64,000 nucleotides of DNA from Macrostomum lignano (Eukaryota): positions 157,963 to 221,962 of the forward strand of contig NIVC01000722.1 of the NCBI GenBank assembly GCA_002269645.1, read 5' to 3'. The position numbers and the translations under genes are program-made. Position 1 is the stretch's first letter. Every line of letters starts with the position of its first letter. Of the stretch, positions 57,201-64,000 are shown piece after piece. Under the pieces are notes generated by a model that worked only from the letters and a program-made list of their open reading frames with translations, was not told the DNA's origin and made no database searches.

Positions 57201-58364
57201 CCAACTGCACCAAGCCTCCTATTCAACAACAACCCAGCATCCCAAACACGAGTTGTAATTTGTCCAGCGCACAAACTGCTATTAGTTGCTTAAACTTTCA
57301 ACAATTGCTGTTTAAAACCCCGTGCGTCTGTGCGTGTATTGGCCCACTTTATTAAGGGCAATACATGTCTATTGCACAGAAACATGTCTAGTTTGTACTC
57401 GAGTTTCGCACTCCCAAGTCGCCGCCGCTAGCTGCCTCATATATTGTTATTAATTTATTATTCATTATAATTTACCTATATTGATTTCTATATTGATTCC
57501 TCAGAAGCACGCTACCTGTCTAACTACCCCTGTCCTGCCCCATTCCCGCGGCTGTGGTTGCCAAGTGCTTAGTTTTGATAAATATTCGTTTTTTGTTGCC
57601 ATTTTCATCAGTACCAAATTTTAGTTCCTTTTCTATGCCTACGTTTTAAAACAATTCAATAAAATTCCAAATATGGTAGGCAGTTTCCAACATGCTACTT
57701 ACTAGCGGCGCGGATTAAGTAGTATCTTAGGTTTGTTGTATTCCCAGTGTATCAAAATTCTGATGCCAATTTGTCTATTTATTTGTATCGCATAGTTTAG
57801 TTGGATTTTATTACTCAAGTATGCCATTAATTAATCATTTTTAGATTGTTTTTTTTTGCAAAGCTACGCGCAATAAAATAACAATATTCCATTATTCTTT
57901 GCCTACTAATAGTACTAAAATACACAGTAGTATATGCTGCTCAGGCCATCTTGATATTTTTGTTTTCTTTTGCTTCACTCCCGGGAGATTGGGTTTATAA
58001 ATTCTGTAATTCTGTCTGTATTAATACTATACAAGCTGATTACAATGTATGCTTGATCTTCTAATCCTGAAAATAAAATATTCAACAGTAAAACTCTCCG
58101 CGCCCTGATTATCTATTCCTATACTCTTCTATTAACTTTCTAATCTGTTCTCAAAATACACTGCCCGCTCTCTCACTGCTGCTGCGATCTTTATGGCTGA
58201 GCCAGAACTCTGGTTGCAATTTGCACTTTTAATTTCCTGATATTTTAAGTAATTAGAGTATGGCTATAAGCTGGAATATATTGTGAGTACGAGCGTACTA
58301 TTATGTAAGTGCTAGAATTTTTATTTCAACCAGATCTCTGATTTTAAAGGTTCATTCCTACAAT

Positions 58365-61300
58365 TAGATGTTCCTAATTCCTAGAAACCGATCCTTCCGT
58401 TTCCTAGAATCAGATTCCTAATTCCTAGAAGCCGATCCTTCCATTTCTAGAATCAGATTCCTAAGTCCTAGAAACCGATCCTTCCGTTTCCTAGAATCAG
58501 ATTCCTAATTCCTAGAAACCGATCGTTCCATTTTCTAGAATCAGATTCCTAAGTCCTAGAAACCGATCTTCCATTTCCTAGAATCAGATTCCTAATTCCT
58601 AGAAACCGATCCTTCCATTTTCTAGAATCAGATTCCTAAGTCCTAGAAACCGATCTTCCATTTCCTAGAATCAGATTCCTAATTCCTAGAAACCGATCCT
58701 TTCATTTCCTAGAATTAGATTCCTAATTCCTAGAAAACAATCCATTTCCTAGAATCAGGTCCCTAATTCCTAGAAAACAATCCATTTCCTAGAATCAGGT
58801 CTCTAATTCCTAGAAAACAATCCATTTCCTAGAATCAGGTCCCTAATTCCTAGAAAAAAATCCTTTTCCTAGAATCAGGTCCCTAATTCCTAGAAAACAA
58901 TCCATTTCCTAGAATCAGGTCCCTAATTCCTAGAAAAAAATCCTTTTCCTAGAATCAGGTCCCTAATTCCTAGAAAACAATCCATTTCCTAGAATCAGGT
59001 CCCTAATTCCTAGAAAACAATCCATTTCCTAGAATCAGGTCCCTAATTCCTAGAAAAAAATCCTTTTCCTAGAATCAGGTCCCTAATTCCTAGAAAACAA
59101 TCCATTTCCTAGAATCAGGTCCCTAATTCCTAGAAAACAATCTATTTCCTAGAATCAGGTCCCTAATTCCTAGAAAACAATCCATTTCCTAGAATCAGGT
59201 CCCTAATTCCTAGAAAACAATCCATTTCCTAGAATCAGGTCCCTAATTCCTAGAAAACAATCCATTTCCTAGAATCAGGTCCCTAATTCCTAGGAACCGA
59301 TCCTTTTCCTAGAATCAGGTCCCTAATTCCTAGAAAACAATCCATTTCCTAGAATCAGGTCCCTAATTCCTAGAAAACAATCCATTTCCTAGAATCAGGT
59401 CCCTAATTCCTAGGAACCGATCCTTTTCCTAGAATCAGGTCCCTAATTCCTAGAAAACAATCCATTTCCTAGAATCAGGTCCCTAATTCCTAGAAAACAA
59501 TCCATTTCCTAGAATCAGGTCCCTAATTCCTAGAAAACAATCCATTTCCTAGAATCAAATCTTTAATTCCTAGAAAACAATCCATTTCCTAGAATCAGGT
59601 ACCTAATTCCTAGAAAAAAATCCTTTTCCTAGAATCAGGTCCCTAATTCCTAGAAAACAATCCATTTCCTAGAATCAGGTCCCTAATTCCTAGAAAACAA
59701 TCCATTTCCTAGAATCAGGTCCCTAATTCCTAGAAAACAATCCATTTCCTAGAATCAGATCCCTAATTCCTAGAAAACAATCCATTTCCTAGAATCAGGT
59801 CCCTAATTCCTAGAAAAAAAATCCATTTCCTAGAATCAGGTCCCTAATTCTTAGCAAACAATCCATTTCCTAGAATCAGATCCCTAATTCCTAGAAAACA
59901 ATCCATTTCCTAGAATCAGGTCCCTAATTCCTAGAAAACAATCCATTTCCTAGAATCAGGTCCCTAATTCCTAGAAAACGATCCATTTCCTAGAATCAGA
60001 TCCCTAATTCCTAGAAAACGATCCATTTCCTAGAATCAGGTCCCTAATTCCTAGAAAACAATCCATTTCCTAGAATCAGGTCCCTAATTCCTAGAAAACA
60101 ATCCATTTCCTAGAATCAGGTCCCTAATTCTTAGCAAACAATCCATTTCCTAGAATCAGATCCCTAATTCCTAGAAAACAATCTATTTCCTAGAATCAGG
60201 TCCCTAATTCCTAGAAAACAATCCATTTCCTAGAATCAGGTCCCTAATTCCTAGAAAACAATCCATTTCCTAGAATCAGGTCCCTAATTCCTAGAAAACA
60301 ATATATTTCCTAGAATCAGGTCCCTAATTCCTAGAAAACAATCCATTTCCTAGAATCAGGTCCCTAATTCCTAGAAAACAATCCATTTCCTAGAATCAGG
60401 TCCCTAATTCTTAGCAAACAATCCATTTCCTAGAATCAGATCCCTAATTCCTAGAAAACAATCCATTTCCTAGAATCAGGTCCCTAATTCTTAGCAAACA
60501 ATCCATTTCCTAGAATCAGATCCCTAATTCCTAGAAAACAATCCATTTCCTAGAATCAGGTCCCTAATTCCTAGAAAACAATCCATTTCCTAGAATCAGG
60601 TCCCTAATTCCTAGAAAACAATCCATTTCCTAGAATCAGGTCCCTAATTCCTAGAAAACAATCCATTTCCTAGAATCAGGTCCCTAATTCCTAGAAAAAA
60701 ATCCTTTTCCTAGAATCAGGTCCCTAATTCCTAGAAAACAATCCATTTCCTAGAATCAGGTCCCTAATTCTTAGCAAACAATCCATTTCCTAGAATCAGA
60801 TCCCTAATTCCTAGAAAACAATCCATTTCCTAGAATCAGGTCCCTAATTCTTAGCAAACAATCCATTTCCTAGAATCAGATCCCTAATTCCTAGAAAACA
60901 ATCCATTTCCTAGAATCAGGTCCCTAATTCCTAGAAAACAATCCATTTCCTAGAATCAGGTCCCTAATTCCTAGAAAACAATCCATTTCCTAGAATCAGG
61001 TCCCTAATTCCTAGAAAACAATCCATTTCCTAGAATCAGGTCCCTAATTCCTAGAAAACAATCCATTTCCTAGAATCAGGTCCCTAATTCCTAGAAAACA
61101 ATCCATTTCCTAGAATCAGGTCCCTAATTCCTAGAAAACAATCCATTTCCTAGAATCAGGTCCCTAATTCCTAGAAAACAATCCATTTCCTAGAATCAGG
61201 TCCCTAATTCCTAGAAAACAATCCATTTCCTAGAATCAGGTCCCTAATTCCTAGAAAACAATCCATTTCCTAGAATCAGGTCCCTAATTCTTAGCAAACA

Positions 61301-61665
61301 ATCCATTTCCTAGAATCAGATCCCTAATTCCTAGAAAACAATCCATTTCCTAGAATCAGGTCCCTAATTCTTAGCAAACAATCCATTTCCTAGAATCAGA
61401 TCCCTATTTCCTAGAAAACAATCCATTTCCTAGAATCAGGTCCCTAATTCCTAGAAAACAATCCATTTCCTAGAATCAGGTCCCTAATTCCTAGAAAACA
61501 ATCCATTTCCTAGAATCAGGTCCCTAATTCCTAGAAAACAATCCATTTCCTAGAATCAGGTCCCTAATTCCTAGAAAACAATCCATTTCCTAGAATCAGG
61601 TCCCTAATTCCTAGAAAACAATCCATTTCCTAGAATCAGGTCCCTAATTCCTAGGAACCGATCCT
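58365..61665. repeat. 40-bp satellite (TCCTAGAATCAGGTCCCTAATTCCTAGAAAACAATCCATT), about 80 copies
   Basis: Internally dimeric (two TCCTAGAA halves); homogeneous core with diverged edges. Confidence 0.98.
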
Positions 61666-61844
61666 TCTCTAAAATCATGCAAGCCGATACCAAATCTAAG
61701 CTAGTTAGTCAAACTAAAAGCTCCTGTATAAGCAAATCACTAAAGCTCATACACTCCACAACTGCTGCAGAGACACGCAGGCCAGTTTATCCTCAAGGCA
61801 ATCTATTGTGAATAGCCACAGTTACTCAAAGCCCCGCGCCCGGA

Positions 61845-62461
61845 ATGGACTCCGCCGGGTCGTACCAGCTGGAATTCGGCTACTTTGACGACTATAGCAG
61901 AAAACGCGCCGAATTATTCAGCTGCCCGTCGCCCAATGCTCTGCCCGTTGTTGGCTTCGACGATTGCTGCTTCAGCTGCCGGCAGGCGGCCTGTCGCTGC
62001 TGCGTCTCCGCCCCGGTTGCTGCCGCTGCCTCCGCCGTCGGCGAGAACGACTCTGGCATCGAGGAGGCGCCGGCCGCTGTGACGAAGCCGGAGACAAAGC
62101 CGGCAGCAACAGGCTGGGCGGGCCTGTTTCGCGGCACCGCCGCAGCTCAGAAAGCCGTCGTGGTGTCGCTGCCTCCGACAAATAATTCTTCTGAGACTTC
62201 GCCGCCAGCGACCGCCGCCTGGAAGTCGCAACAGCGGCCGGTGCCGCCGGAGCAGGACCGCGAACTGGCTGCTATTGGCGACGCTCTACGGCGCGTGGCC
62301 GCTCAGCTAGGCGTCGCTAAGGCGCCGGCGCCTCTACAGCCGCGCGGTCTGAATAATTCCGGAAATTTTTGCTACATCAACGCCATCCTGCAGATGCTGT
62401 TCCTCTGTCCGCCGTTTCACGCCTTTTTCCGCGCTCTTGGACAGCAGTGCCAGAGCTTCAG
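61845..62461 (+). CDS. USP10: USP10 exon 1 (FGxF G3BP-type motif, Cys box)
   Basis: LEFGYFDD; PRGLNNSGNFCYINAILQML; donor AG|gttggg, phase 2. Confidence 0.88.
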
Positions 62462-62509
62462 GTTGGGACTTTAAATCTTTTTTAACATTGTTTCTGACTA
62501 CTGTTCATA

Positions 62510-62705
62510 GACAATTGAGCACGCTATATGTACCTCTGAGCACACTGTACATATAGTTAAGCACACTATACAATGTACACATACAATTGAGCACACTGTA
62601 CATGTACAACTGAGCACACTACATGTACAACTGAGCACACTGTACAAGTATAATTGAGCACACTGTACATGTACAATTGAACACAATATATATACAATTG
62701 AGCAC
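62510..62705. repeat. 23-bp intronic repeat (TGAGCACACTGTACATGTACAA[C/T])
   Basis: About 8 imperfect units in the USP10 intron. Confidence 0.85.
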
Positions 62706-62721
62706 CCTATCCCCCCTCCAG

Positions 62722-63756
62722 AAACCGCGGCCCCAGCTCAACGCCAGCTCTGGACTGCATGGTGGAGCTGCTCTCCTACTACAGCCAGGCCGCCAATCCC
62801 CGGAAGTTGACTTCCGGTCAGCCGTACACTCCCCATCAGGCCTACCAACTGGTGTCGGCAGAATCCGCCGCTATGCCTAGCCGTGGCACGGAGCTTCGGG
62901 CAGGTCGCGAGGAGGACGCGGAGGAGTTCCTCAGCCACCTGTTGAACAGTCTGCACGACGAGCTGGCCAAAGCCACTGGCGATGGCAGCTCGCATAGCAA
63001 CGGCCAGGCCAACGGTGATAAAACTGCTCAAGCTGAGGCCGATGCTGAGACAGACGTCGCTAACGAATGGCAATGCGTCGGGCCGAAGAATCGGTCAGCC
63101 GTGACTCGAACCTGCCAGTCGGCCACTGGTACCATTGTGTCCGAGCTGTTTGGCGGACAGCTGCGGCACCAGCTTGTCCGGTCCAACCGGCCGCCCACAG
63201 CCAATCTTCAGCCCTTCTTTGTCCTGCCGCTGGACATCGACCTGCCGGATTGGTCAGCCGGCACGCTAGCCGAAGCTCTTGAGGCTGTCACCAAGCCGGA
63301 GCTGGTTGAGACTAGCGAGGGCCGGGCTACCAAGACCCAGCTGTTTGAGCTGCCGCCTCGCCTGCTGCTGCTGCAGCTGAAACGATTCCACTACGCCGAG
63401 GCCAGCGCTGGCGTTGTGAAAATCGACCGCCGATTGGACCTGCCGGAGACGTTGAAGCTGCGCAAGGCCTGGCTGTCGCATCAGGCCGGGCCAAGCCGCA
63501 GCGCTTGGACTATTGCCTATTCGCCATTGTGTATCACGTTGGCCACGCCACTAGCGGCCACTATATCACAGCCGTGCTGCAGCCCGGCTTAAACCGGTGG
63601 ATTATGCTGGACGATGCTAATGTGGTATTTTTCCCCACTGACCGAACTGACCTGTGCGCGCCGGAGTTGCCGTCGGTTAAACAGCCGGATCAGCCGCGGC
63701 GCCTGCATCCCTACGTGCTGATGTACCGGCGGGCGGACTGTGTTGGATTCGCTTGA
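62722..63756 (+). CDS. USP10: USP10 exon 2 (catalytic domain; apparent 1-bp deletion at about 63491)
   Basis: STPALDCMVEL, GREEDAEEFL, EWQCVGPKNRSAVTR, LLLQLKRF; His box YHVGHATSGHY and WIMLDD lie in the next frame. Confidence 0.9.
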
Positions 63757-63829
63757 GAGATGCTCTTCTCTTCTCTGTCACATTCGTAACTTTGTCCTTA
63801 TAGATGCATGCATTAGATCCCCGTTTCCG

Positions 63830-64000
63830 CTCCTATCCGCCCTTATCTTCCGCCCCCCCCCTCAATCACCAGATCATCCACCCCATCATCAAATTATCCG
63901 CCCCCCTCAATCATCAGATCATCCACCCCATCATCAAATTATCTGCCCCCCCCCCAATCAGCCGATTATCCGCCCCCCAATCAGCCGATTATCCGCCCCC
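63830..64000. repeat. C-rich imperfect tandem repeats (TTATCCGCCCCCC...AATCA)
   Basis: Runs off the window end. Confidence 0.75.

Noticed and set aside
3128-61665. Satellite periods as multiples of the helical repeat (22, 32, 41-42 bp)
   Set aside because: Several arrays (16, 17, 25, 28 bp) do not fit, and the sample is too small without genome-wide statistics
1-64000. CRISPR-like arrays
   Set aside because: All arrays are head-to-tail repeats without unique spacers, no cas genes are present, and the context is eukaryotic

Overview
Metazoan eukaryotic DNA with GC-rich exons, spliceosomal introns and introns/intergenic spaces packed with 16-45 bp minisatellites. The style resembles a free-living flatworm such as Macrostomum, but this is inference only. 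Host genes in order: an intronless, atypical HES/E(spl) bHLH-WRPW gene (+, 7433-7894); CCDC148 (-, 5 coding exons, 33344 to 10994, about 617 aa); an intronless cortactin with about 7.5 repeats (-, 37268-35799); LASP (+, 9 exons, 44924-56637, first intron GC-AG, one probable 1-bp error); USP10 (+, 61845-63756, one probable 1-bp error). Mobile DNA: (1) a 9.5 kb Ty3/Gypsy element in CCDC148 intron 2 with open gag, a -1 frameshifted pol, a non-env third ORF, an AP-1/CArG-rich LTR, a truncated 3' LTR and a 495-bp flanking direct duplication; (2) a compact, very young 4.4 kb Mag-like Ty3/Gypsy element between cortactin and LASP; (3) remnants of a LINE RT, a tRNA-SINE and a mariner. Best leads: Gypsy ORF3 (env position, predicted splice acceptor, ULM-like splicing-factor motif, LC8-like motif), the aberrant integration signature, a sharply CpG-depleted and TpA-rich domain around the cortactin/LASP divergent 5' ends, and minisatellite cores shared between neighbouring introns. 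All splice models were checked by hand for phase consistency. No database searches were run.
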